64,000 nt of DNA, from contig CAYFMS010000001.1 of the NCBI GenBank assembly GCA_964344415.1, positions 10,126 through 74,125 on the forward strand, written 5' to 3'. Made by a program: the position numbers and the translations under genes. This document shows positions 49,885 through 60,052 of the stretch, in pieces (position 1 is the stretch's first letter; every line of letters begins with the position of its first letter). Origin of the DNA: an uncultured Gammaproteobacteria bacterium (lineage in GTDB: Bacteria; Patescibacteriota; Patescibacteriia; UBA9934). The notes under the pieces are model-generated. The model saw only the letters and a list, made by a program, of their open reading frames with translations, did no database searches and was not told the origin of the DNA.

Positions 49885-50451
49885 ATGAACGAAAAACTGA
49901 CAATTTCCGCGATTCGCGAGCGTTTCATGGAGCTCAAACCGGATGACTATTCGCTTGACGATGACATCTACGAGAATCTATGGCCCTGGATGGTCGAGAA
50001 CGGATGCTCACCCGTCATTGTGAGTACCCTTCGTGTTCTGGCGAAAACGATCCGGGTGGATCTCTGCAATAACCACATTGACGATGAGCATATTCCCCAG
50101 GCCATACTGACTATTCTCGATAATAATGAAATCGACTGGGACGAGGCAAATCCACTTCTCGAGAGCCTACTTCGCGAAGAAATTCAGTGCAATGGAATAC
50201 CTGACTGGCCAGGCTTGTCAGTGTGGATCAAAAAGGTGGTCATTGTTCCCGATGAAGCGATGAAGCTGATCGAGGGACAGTCCATCACGCCCCATCGGCA
50301 CACAGGTGTAGACTGGAGCTCGGAAGTCGTTCTGTTCCCAATGAAACTTGTTCTCATCCAATACGGAGGAGACTGGTACTTTCAAGGGCATCAAGAAAAC
50401 GAGGGTCAGCTGACTCTCTACCCTGCATCCTGCATTAACATCGATGATTGA
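49885..50451 (+). CDS. Hypothetical protein, GC ~50%
   Basis: Strong SD AGGAGG; terminator at 50478..50504; no known motif. Confidence 0.5.
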   Translation: MNEKLTISAIRERFMELKPDDYSLDDDIYENLWPWMVENGCSPVIVSTLRVLAKTIRVDLCNNHIDDEHIPQAILTILDNNEIDWDEANPLLESLLREEIQCNGIPDWPGLSVWIKKVVIVPDEAMKLIEGQSITPHRHTGVDWSSEVVLFPMKLVLIQYGGDWYFQGHQENEGQLTLYPASCINIDD

Positions 50452-50477
50452 TGCTGAGGGGTCCGCGCCGACGCCAA

Positions 50478-50504
50478 CCACGGACAATGTCCGTGGTTTT
50501 TTTT
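50478..50504 (+). terminator. Rho-independent terminator
   Basis: ccacggac...gtccgtgg hairpin plus T8. Confidence 0.75.
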
Positions 50505-50560
50505 AATTTACACCCCCAAACGCTACCCCCTACCCCCTAGCTACGTTATAATGCAATCAT

Positions 50561-51529
50561 ATGCTTGATGTTCTTACGATTGGTGATATTAAAATGGACG
50601 CTTTTATTCAGGTGCCGAAAGCGCATGTCATTTGCAGAGTTGATGCCCTTTCTTGCGAAATGTGCATCTCTCATGGAAAGAAAATACCTATTGAATGTGC
50701 CTTGGAAATGCAAATTGCTGGTAGTGCGCCCAATGTTGCCGTTGGCCTTGCTAAATCAAAGAAGAAAACAGCAGTCCTAAGCGCTATGGGAGATGATGCA
50801 ACATACAAAGAAGCTCTTTCATTTCTGAAGTCCAAATCCGTTTCAACAAGATACATTTATTCATATCCTAAACAGCAAAGCAGCTTTTCGGCTGTACTCA
50901 ATTATCAAGGAGAATCAACACAGCTTGTTTCTCATATGGATCGGGAGATGAAAATACCTGCGAAACTTCCAAAATGTAAATGGATTCAAATTTCTGAGTT
51001 TGGAAAGGGATATGAAAAAGCATTTCGACGTCTCGCGACATTGAAAAATGTGAAGATTTGCTTTAATCCAGGAGCTCTTCAGATCAATGAAAAGAAAAAA
51101 GAGTTGTATGATTTGATCGAGAATACATCTGTGCTAATTGTGAATCGCGTTGAAGCTCATCTACTGCTCCATAAAGAAAAAAATGGAAGCCTCTCGCGCC
51201 TTGTGAAGGAATTGCGAGAACTTGGAAGTGACATTGTTGTCATAACGGATGGAAAAAAGGGTGCCTGCAGCTATGACGGCAAAGAAGTGGCATATGCGCC
51301 TATGTTTCCTGGTAAGCGAAAGGAAGCGACTGGCGCTGGTGATTCATTCATGACTGGTTTTCTTAGCGCTATCATGTCTGGAAAGGATCATAAAACTGGC
51401 CTCGCCTGGGGCAGTGTGAATGCCGCAGAAGTTGTTCAGCATGTCGGGCCTACAAAAGGACTCCTTTCTGTGAATCAAATCCAGAAACGCCTTCGAGAGA
51501 ATAAGAAATACAAAGTGACCGTAAAATAA
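50561..51529 (+). CDS. PfkB-family carbohydrate kinase
   Basis: C-terminal TGAGDSFMTGFL (DTxGAGD-like). Confidence 0.7.
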   Translation: MLDVLTIGDIKMDAFIQVPKAHVICRVDALSCEMCISHGKKIPIECALEMQIAGSAPNVAVGLAKSKKKTAVLSAMGDDATYKEALSFLKSKSVSTRYIYSYPKQQSSFSAVLNYQGESTQLVSHMDREMKIPAKLPKCKWIQISEFGKGYEKAFRRLATLKNVKICFNPGALQINEKKKELYDLIENTSVLIVNRVEAHLLLHKEKNGSLSRLVKELRELGSDIVVITDGKKGACSYDGKEVAYAPMFPGKRKEATGAGDSFMTGFLSAIMSGKDHKTGLAWGSVNAAEVVQHVGPTKGLLSVNQIQKRLRENKKYKVTVK

Positions 51530-51530
51530 T

Positions 51531-52454
51531 ATGCTCGTAAATCTCAAAAAGATCCTGTCAGGAGCCCAAAAAGGAAAATATGCCGTAGGGGCATTCAATA
51601 TCAATAATCTCGAAATTACACATGCCATTGTTGACGCGGCGCTCGCAGAGGATTCTCCAGTTATTTTGCAAACAAGCGAAGGTGCAGTGGAGTATGCCGG
51701 CATGATGGAGCTTGCTTCCCTCGCCCATATTGCGGCGAAGAAGCATTATATTCCAATCTGTTTTCATTTAGATCATGGGGCAAATTATGATTTCGTTGTC
51801 GAAGCTGTGAAATCTGGGCTCTATACAAGTGTTATGTATGATGGGTCCCACCTTCCCTATTCTGAAAATGTAAAAAATACAAAACGTATTGTTCAAATGG
51901 CCCATAAGCGCGGGATTTCCGTCGAAGCAGAGCTTGGAAGAATTGCTGGGACGGAAGATAAAGTAAGTGTTAAAGATCGTGAAGCGAGTTTTACCGATCC
52001 AGATGAAGCAACCGACTTTGTAAAAAAGACCGGATGCGATGCTCTTGCCGTTTCAGTTGGGACAAGTCATGGTGCATATAAATTCTCATCCGATTCAAAG
52101 CTTGATCAGAAACGATTGCAGGCCATTGCAAAAAAGGTCCGCATACCGCTTGTTCTTCACGGGGCTTCTGGGGTGCCGGCCAATATCAAAAAACTCTGCA
52201 TGTCTTATGGTTGTAAAATTGCTGATGCAAAAGGCGTTTCAGATGCTTCTATCAAGAAAGCTGTCCAAAATGGAATACGAAAAGTAAACATCGATACCGA
52301 TTTACGCATTGCATTTGACGCGGGAGTACGTAAATTCCTCAAGGAAAATCCAGAAGTAATTGATCCACGAAAAATCCTTGGACCGGCACAAGAATTGATG
52401 ACAAAAGTTGTTAGACAAAAAATCCGCATGCTTGGAAGCAGCGGAAAAGCCTAG
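51531..52454 (+). CDS. fba: Fructose-bisphosphate aldolase, class II
   Basis: HLDHG, GTSHGAYKF, LVLHGASG motifs. Confidence 0.85.
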   Translation: MLVNLKKILSGAQKGKYAVGAFNINNLEITHAIVDAALAEDSPVILQTSEGAVEYAGMMELASLAHIAAKKHYIPICFHLDHGANYDFVVEAVKSGLYTSVMYDGSHLPYSENVKNTKRIVQMAHKRGISVEAELGRIAGTEDKVSVKDREASFTDPDEATDFVKKTGCDALAVSVGTSHGAYKFSSDSKLDQKRLQAIAKKVRIPLVLHGASGVPANIKKLCMSYGCKIADAKGVSDASIKKAVQNGIRKVNIDTDLRIAFDAGVRKFLKENPEVIDPRKILGPAQELMTKVVRQKIRMLGSSGKA

Positions 52455-52885
52455 CGAGCAATTTTGATTTCGACTTCCTCCCCCGCGAGGATTTGAGGAA
52501 GCCACTCTCTGTCCGACGCCCTCATGCGGTCCCATGGGAGATCGTGAATCGAATACCAATTGTAGTCACCCATTTCATGGGTGTCTTTTGGTTTGCCAAG
52601 AAATTGAGAGCAAGTGAATACGTGGATGACCACATGATCCATATCTCCACCATTCCCCGTGATTTCAACCCGCCCACTCGCGCAAAGCTCGAGAGCGCGA
52701 AGCCCTGATTCTTCATACAGCTCCCTCACCGCGCAGTCATGAATCGATTCACCGTTTTCGGGCTTACCTCCAGGGCCGGTCAATAGCCCTGAAAGAATCT
52801 TTTTCCGCTTTACGCCAAGTAGAACTTTATTCCCTCGCATCGGGAAAATAAGCGTGCAAATATTCATAATCATCCCCTCAATCAC
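52451..52885 (-). CDS. NUDIX hydrolase
   Basis: Nudix box GGKPENGESIHDCAVRELYEESGL. Confidence 0.8.
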   Translation of the reverse strand: MIEGMIMNICTLIFPMRGNKVLLGVKRKKILSGLLTGPGGKPENGESIHDCAVRELYEESGLRALELCASGRVEITGNGGDMDHVVIHVFTCSQFLGKPKDTHEMGDYNWYSIHDLPWDRMRASDREWLPQILAGEEVEIKIAR

Positions 52886-52965
52886 AGCCTACCACAAAAC
52901 CCATCTCCGAGATAAAACCCCCGTTTTAAATCGGAGATAGAATTAGAATGTTATACTAGATCTAT

Positions 52966-53637
52966 ATGAAACGATATTTTCTCTTTCTTGCTCTGCCCCT
53001 TCTTGGAATGGGCTGCACCGTTGGAACATCCGATGTGACATATACCGATATTGAGACAGATGAGTCGACGGAAGTAACTGAACAAATTCGTGATGCACAG
53101 GTTTTTGAATATTCCCTTCTATCAGACTGGGATAATGCCTATCAAGCAACGCGATCAATTCGTGAATTAACACCGAATCAAATTATCGCATTTGGAATTA
53201 TTGATTCGCCGTATGAAGAACATATTTCTTATTTCGCTGCGAATGCCGTGACCGACCAGGACAGTATTCTTGCTAGCGTATACCGATACGATAATAGTAA
53301 TTACAATTTTGAACGAATATACAGGGAGGAATTTGAAAAAGGAGAGCAGGCCTACACGACAAGCACTGACCCAGCAGCACTCGAGGAATTTCATGTAATT
53401 GGAATTGATGGCGAAAAACTGATTGTATTAGTTACACAAAAAGATAAGCAGCTTGACCAATGTGAATCAGCGCTTGTTTATGCGAGTACATTCCAAATAG
53501 AAGACGATCAGGGGCAACTCATTTCAATGGAACTCGATGACCCTTATGGAACAGTAGAGAAATATCACCCATCCGGTTCCATATTGCAGATTGGCTGGGA
53601 TTGGCAAGAAGAATGTGAAAGTCTTCTCGATAGATAA
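52966..53637 (+). CDS. Lipoprotein, unknown function
   Basis: Signal plus lipobox LLGMGC. Confidence 0.5.
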   Translation: MKRYFLFLALPLLGMGCTVGTSDVTYTDIETDESTEVTEQIRDAQVFEYSLLSDWDNAYQATRSIRELTPNQIIAFGIIDSPYEEHISYFAANAVTDQDSILASVYRYDNSNYNFERIYREEFEKGEQAYTTSTDPAALEEFHVIGIDGEKLIVLVTQKDKQLDQCESALVYASTFQIEDDQGQLISMELDDPYGTVEKYHPSGSILQIGWDWQEECESLLDR

Positions 53638-54610
53638 TATGTTTGATGTTATTACAATTGGTAGTGCGGTGCTTGATACCTTTCTTGTATCGGACGAGTT
53701 CCAAATTATAAAATCTGATGCTTTTGCTGGAGGATATGGTGAATGCATTAATCTTGGCGATAAAGTCGACGTTTCTCATCTCGCCATTTCAACCGGCGGA
53801 GGTGCAACAAATTCAGCTGCGACATTTTCATCGCTTGGATTGTCATCTGCGGCTATTTGTAAAATCGGTAACGACACATCTGGACAAGCAATACTTGATG
53901 ATTTGCACGCATTCGATGTGAATACGAGCCTTGTAAAGCAAGTGAAGAAAGGACAAACCGGACAAAGCACGCTTCTTACAACAACCGACGGTGAGCGATC
54001 AATTCTTGTATTCAGAGGCGTGAGTCGTGAATTCAAAAAATCAGATATTGTCCGTTCACAGTTAAAAACACGCTTCCTTTATATTTCCTCACTTGGCGGA
54101 GATTACGACGTTCTTGAATATATTCTGACATTTGCCCAGCGACAAAAAATAAAAGTGGCATGGAATCCTGGCAATACAGAATTGACTGGGCCAAGAACAA
54201 AATTGAAAGCCGCTCTGAAATTGATAGATATTCTTATTGTCAACAAACAAGAGGCAGAGCTCATTACCAAAAAAGAGCTCGACCACCTTCCCCTACTTAC
54301 AGAATTAGCTGCATATGCTCCAACCGTAGTGCTAACAGACGGGCTACGAGGATCTTTTGTTAAATCTGATGATGGAACAATCCATGCACGTCCAACGGGT
54401 GTTAAAGCAGTGTCACGTGCTGGTGCCGGAGATGCATTTGGATCTGGATTTGTGGCCGGAATTGCGCTGGGTCATGATATTGGAATCGCGGCGCAGATCG
54501 GAACGCTAAATGCCGAATCTGTCATTCAGTCCTTTGGAGCAAAGCAAGGAATACTCAAAAAAATACCAAACAAAAAACAATTAGACACGATTAAAGTACG
54601 CTCGCTATGA
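53638..54610 (+). CDS. PfkB-family carbohydrate kinase (second copy)
   Basis: AGAGDAFGSGFVAGI; start at MFDVITIGS. Confidence 0.7.
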
Positions 54611-55590
54611 AGATATTTATCACAAGAAATATTCCAGACGAAGGAATAAAGATGCTTAAGCGCAGAAAAAGCATTAAGCTTGATATTTGGAAAGAAGATC
54701 GCCCCATCCCTAGAAAAGAACTGCTAAAACGTGTCAAAGGTGCTGATATTATTTTATCTATTTTGACCGAGCAAATGGATGCAAAAGTCATGGATGCCGC
54801 TGGACCTCAACTAAAAATGATCGCAAATTATGCCGTTGGATTTAATAATGTAGATATAGCAGCGGCAAAAGAACGAAAGATCATTGTGACGAATGCTCCC
54901 GCAAAAGAGGTTGGTGAATCGGTTGCCGAACATGCCATTGCCATGATTTTTGCTCTTGCTCACCGCATCGTTGAGACGGATGATTTTACTCGCGCGGGAA
55001 AATATAAAAGCTGGGGGCCAGAATTATTGCTTGGAACAGACATAAAAGGAAAAATACTTGGGATTATTGGCACTGGACGCATTGGCGAAGCGCTTGCAAA
55101 ACGCATGTACGACGGATTTGGCGTAAAAATTCTCTACAACGATATTGAGCGCAAACCAAAACTCGAAAAGAAATACAAAGCAAAATACCGAAGCAAAATG
55201 CAATTACTGAAAGAGGCTGATTTCGTGAGTTTGCATGTTCCCCTTCTTGATTCAACGCGCCACTTGATTAGTACGAAGGAATTAAAGGCGATGAAAAAGA
55301 CGGCATTCCTTATCAATACAGCACGCGGACCCGTCGTTGATGAACTTGCCCTCGTGAAGGCGCTGACACGCGGCGATATAGCAGGAGCTGGGCTTGATGT
55401 ATATGAATGCGAACCAATGATTGATTGTAATCCAAGGGATAATTATGAACTTCGCAAGTTAAAAAATGTCGTCCTTACTCCGCATACCGCTTCGGCAACA
55501 ATTGAAACCAGGCAGGCAATGAGCAGAGTCGTAGCAAAGAATATTCTCGCCTTCATTGACGGAAAGCGAGTCCCAAATAAAGTTAAATAA
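54607..55590 (+). CDS. D-isomer-specific 2-hydroxyacid dehydrogenase (glycerate DH / hydroxypyruvate reductase-like)
   Basis: NAD-binding GIIGTGRIGEAL; catalytic R/E/H triad region. Confidence 0.8.
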   Translation: MKIFITRNIPDEGIKMLKRRKSIKLDIWKEDRPIPRKELLKRVKGADIILSILTEQMDAKVMDAAGPQLKMIANYAVGFNNVDIAAAKERKIIVTNAPAKEVGESVAEHAIAMIFALAHRIVETDDFTRAGKYKSWGPELLLGTDIKGKILGIIGTGRIGEALAKRMYDGFGVKILYNDIERKPKLEKKYKAKYRSKMQLLKEADFVSLHVPLLDSTRHLISTKELKAMKKTAFLINTARGPVVDELALVKALTRGDIAGAGLDVYECEPMIDCNPRDNYELRKLKNVVLTPHTASATIETRQAMSRVVAKNILAFIDGKRVPNKVK

Positions 55591-56100
55591 TCACAACTCA
55601 ACTACATCGCAATTCGCAATATTCAAACTCCCCTTGAAGAGAACTTGCGGGAGTGGATGTAGAATATCGACATCTTCAGCAGATGCATAACGCGTATAGT
55701 AATCAATAATCGCAGGTGAGAGCTTGCGATATTGTTTTATTACTTCCGAATCAAAGGCAGTGAAATTTGCCGGATGATACCAATTATCACCCTTTTTACC
55801 ATGAAAAATAATTGCCTTACTCTGACGAATGGACCCAGGATGAATCTTCCAAAATGCTACGCTTTTCTTTATGCCTATTTTATTTAAGACGCTGCGAATT
55901 TCTTCAGGATGCGCCATAATAAAGTGTAGCGTATCACTCCATCTTGCATTCACATATGGAATAATTTCCCTATCTCTGTATCGCTTATCTTCCCTCTTCT
56001 GCCGCTTATGTCGGTATAATTCAGGAAAATGAAACTTGAGCCTGCTAACCGGATGTAGAATATCTCCCTTCATTTCTTTTGGAATAATATGATACAGCAT
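55591..56100 (-). CDS. Hypothetical protein
   Basis: 169 aa, no motif recognised. Confidence 0.4.
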   Translation of the reverse strand: MLYHIIPKEMKGDILHPVSRLKFHFPELYRHKRQKREDKRYRDREIIPYVNARWSDTLHFIMAHPEEIRSVLNKIGIKKSVAFWKIHPGSIRQSKAIIFHGKKGDNWYHPANFTAFDSEVIKQYRKLSPAIIDYYTRYASAEDVDILHPLPQVLFKGSLNIANCDVVEL

Positions 56101-56192
56101 ATCTACATCTTATCCATAAACAAAAAACCACCGCAAGTAGCGATGGTGAGTGCGGGCATTACTGCCAGAAAGTTCGCGAGGGCGATTCAGGT

Positions 56193-56420
56193 TCACTCCT
56201 TCGGCGTGACTCGTTCAGCAAGAAGTCTTTTCCTCCTTTTTGGTGCCGCGTCTTGTGGCAATTCGTTGCGTTTGCGGTCGACTGCAACGAAATACCGTTG
56301 GACGGAGGCTGGCAACTTCACTCCTTTCCAGAATTCCTCAACGGCCTTCTCTGCACGCTTGGCAGCCTCAGCGTCCAGCGACCCAGTCAGTTTCTCCGAA
56401 CGTACGCCACGGTTGAACAT
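56193..56420 (-). CDS. Small basic protein (~75 aa) within the tRNA-Ala-linked islet
   Basis: Strong SD GGAGGAG 4 nt before ATG (MFNRGVRSEKL...); the ORF-track N-terminal extension was rejected. Confidence 0.45.
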   Translation of the reverse strand: MFNRGVRSEKLTGSLDAEAAKRAEKAVEEFWKGVKLPASVQRYFVAVDRKRNELPQDAAPKRRKRLLAERVTPKE

Positions 56421-56465
56421 AGCTCTCCTCCTTTTTCTTGGTGTGGACACTCTGAGCTCATCGTA

Positions 56466-56693
56466 TCAGACGTCAACCCCCTTGTCATCTTCAGAAATCT
56501 TGCGACAATCGAACAGACTTGTGCCTAAAACAGTCCAAGCAAAAATCTGTACGACAATTATGAAAACGATCATCTGTATGACGGCGCTGATAAGCCCCAT
56601 GAAGACTACGAGGCAAAATTTTAGTATCATTAGCTCCCCCACATCAATCCAGAAGCAATAACCGATGTGGAGATCCAATAATTGGCTGTACAA
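56466..56693 (-). CDS. Small two-TM membrane protein in the islet
   Basis: 75 aa hydrophobic protein. Confidence 0.35.
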   Translation of the reverse strand: MYSQLLDLHIGYCFWIDVGELMILKFCLVVFMGLISAVIQMIVFIIVVQIFAWTVLGTSLFDCRKISEDDKGVDV

Positions 56694-56736
56694 GTTAGCC
56701 AGAAGGTTACGAACGCAGTCACGTCGGCTCGCTGAT

Positions 56737-57396
56737 CTATAATCTACTTTCCCACGAAGAAAAATCTTCGCTTACCGTTACTAGGTGATCTGCTATTTTG
56801 GTTGCATTTGCAATCTCGGCAGCGTCCTGCACGACCCATCCCCCTTGAATTAGACCTGTCTCGTCATAGTCATGCACCAACATACCATAGTCGTCGAACA
56901 GCAAAAAGTCGCGAGGCGGAACTGCACTTAGCCCCCAAGGAGCTTCCGACCCGTCAAGGATACGAACCTCTTCGCCCATCTGAATGGTTGCCCTATACGC
57001 CTCGAATTCATATTTCAAATAGTCAGATATCGGCCGATTTACTGGGCGAACTCGAACAATTTGCACGCCACGCGCCGTTGCTGTATTGAGAAGTTCAGCT
57101 TGCGTCAGGACCCGCTCGCGCAGTAAGCGAGAAGCTTCGTCGAAGTCCCCCTGCACTAATGCTTCGTAGCTAGGATCACCTGGCTCACGGTACGACTGCC
57201 AAGATTCCCACTTGAAGAAACGCGATCGCAAATCATGCCAAAGCTCCCTAAAATGGGTAAAGAAAGCATCGACATCATGGTAAGTGCCGTTCGGTGGTTG
57301 TGCAATCATAGAGTGATCTACTGTTACTCGGTAGGGATCGGTTCCAATGCGGCGTTTGAACATGATTTTCATGATTTCTCCAGGACCTACTTGCAA
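56737..57396 (-). CDS. Hypothetical protein in the islet (GC ~52%)
   Basis: 219 aa with normal composition. Confidence 0.45.
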   Translation of the reverse strand: MQVGPGEIMKIMFKRRIGTDPYRVTVDHSMIAQPPNGTYHDVDAFFTHFRELWHDLRSRFFKWESWQSYREPGDPSYEALVQGDFDEASRLLRERVLTQAELLNTATARGVQIVRVRPVNRPISDYLKYEFEAYRATIQMGEEVRILDGSEAPWGLSAVPPRDFLLFDDYGMLVHDYDETGLIQGGWVVQDAAEIANATKIADHLVTVSEDFSSWESRL

Positions 57397-57522
57397 TGTG
57401 ACTTATTAACATCAACCTGTCAAACTCATCATTCAGTACGTTGATAACCAACCACCAACAGTGAGTCTCTTATCCGTGCGCAAAAAACACCGTTTGAAAT
57501 GCAAAACAAAACCACCACCCAT

Positions 57523-57756
57523 TTAATGATGAGTGGTGAGATAACGGCTCACATATTCAAGCTTGCGTATCGCCGCTCGTACAAGTGCATCGACTCTGCG
57601 GCTGAGCGACTTGTTGGACATGGTCCTTACCGGAGCGTGCATAGGTACGAAGACACTGCGATCTCGAAAATGCAACACTCCTGCATATATCTCATCAAGC
57701 TCCGAGAGCATCCTGATGCACTCTTCCGATTCATTCTCCTGACTCAACGTTGACAT
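57523..57756 (-). CDS. Small hypothetical protein in the islet
   Basis: 77 aa. Confidence 0.35.
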   Translation of the reverse strand: MSTLSQENESEECIRMLSELDEIYAGVLHFRDRSVFVPMHAPVRTMSNKSLSRRVDALVRAAIRKLEYVSRYLTTHH

Positions 57757-57850
57757 GGATCTACTCCTCCATTCATGTGATTAACCGTCTAATCACTCAA
57801 CCTAAAATAATACTAACATAAGCGCAACAAAAAACCACCGCAAGTAGCGA

Positions 57851-57927
57851 TGGATTTTTGGTGGACCCTACCGGAGTCGAACCGGTGACCTCCTCGGTGC
57901 AAACGAGGCGCTCTAGCCAGCTGAGCT
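57851..57927 (-). tRNA. tRNA-Ala (anticodon TGC)
   Basis: 77 nt: acceptor GGGCCCT/AGGGTCC with the G3:U70 Ala identity pair, anticodon loop ttTGCac, T-arm GGTTCGACTCC, encoded CCA. Confidence 0.9.
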
Positions 57928-58112
57928 AAGGGCCCATGCGACACTCACATATCTTTTTTCTCCACCTACTTTGTCGATCATCTCCGCTGCTCAATGAATC
58001 TCCTCGTATGTGACGAAAAATCTTATGTTCATGAATCTCGTCAAACAAGATGGTGGCGAAATAGTACCTTTTTGATCCCCATATGTCAAGACGAGTATGA
58101 TAATATAAATCT

Positions 58113-59498
58113 ATGAAGTGGGGGATTTTTTTACTTCTCTTTTTGCTGACAATGCCAGCAACCGCTCTTGCAGCCGACTCGACACATGTACCGGTTGAAT
58201 TTAGGATTCACACAAATACTGGAAAAACACTTTCAAGCTTTTACCCATTCGGAAAGTCCTATGCTGGCCGCGTCGATTTCGATATCCAAGACATGAATCA
58301 AGACGGCATTGATGAAATTATTATCGGTGGCGGGATGAACCTTGAACCCTCTGTTAAAATCTTGAATCAAAATGGGGATATTCTTTCTGAATTTATCGCC
58401 TATCACCCGCTTTACCGGTCGGGAGTCAATGTAACAACATGCGATATCGACAATGACGGCGATCAAGACATTGTTACTGGAACATTTCCCGGCGGAGGGC
58501 CACATGTACAGACCTTCTCGCAATCGGGAGAACCACTTTATGGAGGATTCTTCGCATATGGCGAGAACTTTCGTGGCGGTGTCGATGTAACATGCGCTGA
58601 CATTGATAGAGATGGTCGCGCAGATATTGTGACGGCACCTGGCATTAGTGGAGGGCCTCACATTAAAGTCTTTTCTCCAGAGGGAGAGCTGAAATACGAA
58701 GTTTTTGCTGGCGAAATTTATGATAATGCCGGCGCAACCGTCATGACAGAAGACATAGACAATGACGGACGTATTGAAATCATCACCGGAAGTATGGGCG
58801 GAAGTAATTCCCTAATACGCATATTTGAATTCGATACGTATACACAGCGCATTGCGCCTCAATCTGAATTTGATTCTGGAATTATTACCACCGACGGTAT
58901 TGAACTCGGGATCACAGAAGCAAAGAATAATGCTCTTCTGCTCACCGTATCCCCTTCGAATGCCCCCTCCCCTGAAATACATTTATATGACATCTCGGGC
59001 AAGAAGGTGACTCAATTCGACCTCTTCAAAACAGAAAATCACGGAGCTAAAACAACACGAATTAGAACAGAAAATGGCATTCATCAAATATCTGCATCGA
59101 ATTCAGGCATTCATCGTAATCGCGTCGGAAAAAACATTATTGTCGATGTCGGTGAACAGGCACTCTATACATTTGAACATGGAGCTTTCGTGAATTCATT
59201 CCTAGTGTCGACTGGCTTGCAGGAATTTGAGACTCCGCGGGGTGAATTTTCCGTAACACATAAGCTTCCAAAACATGATTACAGATGGGTATATGGTGAA
59301 AATGATCCCCGTAATTATGACCTTCCAAATGTAAAATGGAATTTGCGATTTAAGAAATACTTTTATATTCATTCAGCACCTTGGCATAATAATTTTGGCC
59401 GGCGCATGAGCCATGGCTGCGTTAATGTGCGAGAAGATAATGCTGAATGGATTTTCCATTGGGCTGACGTGGACACGCCCGTTGAGATTATCGATTGA
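58113..59498 (+). CDS. Secreted FG-GAP/VCBS-repeat protein with C-terminal L,D-transpeptidase (YkuD) domain
   Basis: Signal peptide; repeats CDIDNDGDQDIVTG, CADIDRDGRADIVTA, TEDIDNDGRIEIITG; catalytic HSAPWHNNFGRRMSHGCVNV. Confidence 0.75.
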   Translation: MKWGIFLLLFLLTMPATALAADSTHVPVEFRIHTNTGKTLSSFYPFGKSYAGRVDFDIQDMNQDGIDEIIIGGGMNLEPSVKILNQNGDILSEFIAYHPLYRSGVNVTTCDIDNDGDQDIVTGTFPGGGPHVQTFSQSGEPLYGGFFAYGENFRGGVDVTCADIDRDGRADIVTAPGISGGPHIKVFSPEGELKYEVFAGEIYDNAGATVMTEDIDNDGRIEIITGSMGGSNSLIRIFEFDTYTQRIAPQSEFDSGIITTDGIELGITEAKNNALLLTVSPSNAPSPEIHLYDISGKKVTQFDLFKTENHGAKTTRIRTENGIHQISASNSGIHRNRVGKNIIVDVGEQALYTFEHGAFVNSFLVSTGLQEFETPRGEFSVTHKLPKHDYRWVYGENDPRNYDLPNVKWNLRFKKYFYIHSAPWHNNFGRRMSHGCVNVREDNAEWIFHWADVDTPVEIID

Positions 59499-60051
59499 TG
59501 GATACTTGAACAATTGGAATAAATAGACCAAGAAGGACAATGAGCCGCCTCGCTGTATCAAAATCATTATTCACGAGAGAAATGGCATTTAAAAGAGCAA
59601 AGCCAGCAAAAATGATAAAAAGAATACGTACCGCAATGCGTATTTTTTCTTTAGTTATTCGGATAAACCACGATGCGGTAAATAGAATAAGTACGCTCAT
59701 CGCAAAGGCTGGCAAGGCAAAAATTGATGCGATAACACGGACAATATCGCCCACACCTCGCAATTTTTTATGCTTTTTCCTTTCCGTAAGGAAGATAAGG
59801 GCTGTGAATGAGATCAGAAAAATCCAAAGTGATGCCTTTAAATCTGAACTAAGAATGCTGAATTTTGACGATGTCATGGCATGCTGCACTATGCCTCCAG
59901 CAGAAGCAATTGCTGCGATTTGTGCTATAGCTTCAAGTACTTCTATTGCGATCAAATATCCAGCTGCCAATTTATATTTTTGTACGAATACAAAAAACTC
60001 CGTCCAATATTCTTGAACCGAGTCCTTTATATTCAGAGCAAAATCAATCAT
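59488..60051 (-). CDS. Polytopic membrane protein, unknown
   Basis: 187 aa, ~5 TM helices. Confidence 0.4.
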   Translation of the reverse strand: MIDFALNIKDSVQEYWTEFFVFVQKYKLAAGYLIAIEVLEAIAQIAAIASAGGIVQHAMTSSKFSILSSDLKASLWIFLISFTALIFLTERKKHKKLRGVGDIVRVIASIFALPAFAMSVLILFTASWFIRITKEKIRIAVRILFIIFAGFALLNAISLVNNDFDTARRLIVLLGLFIPIVQVSINR

Positions 60052-60052
60052 A

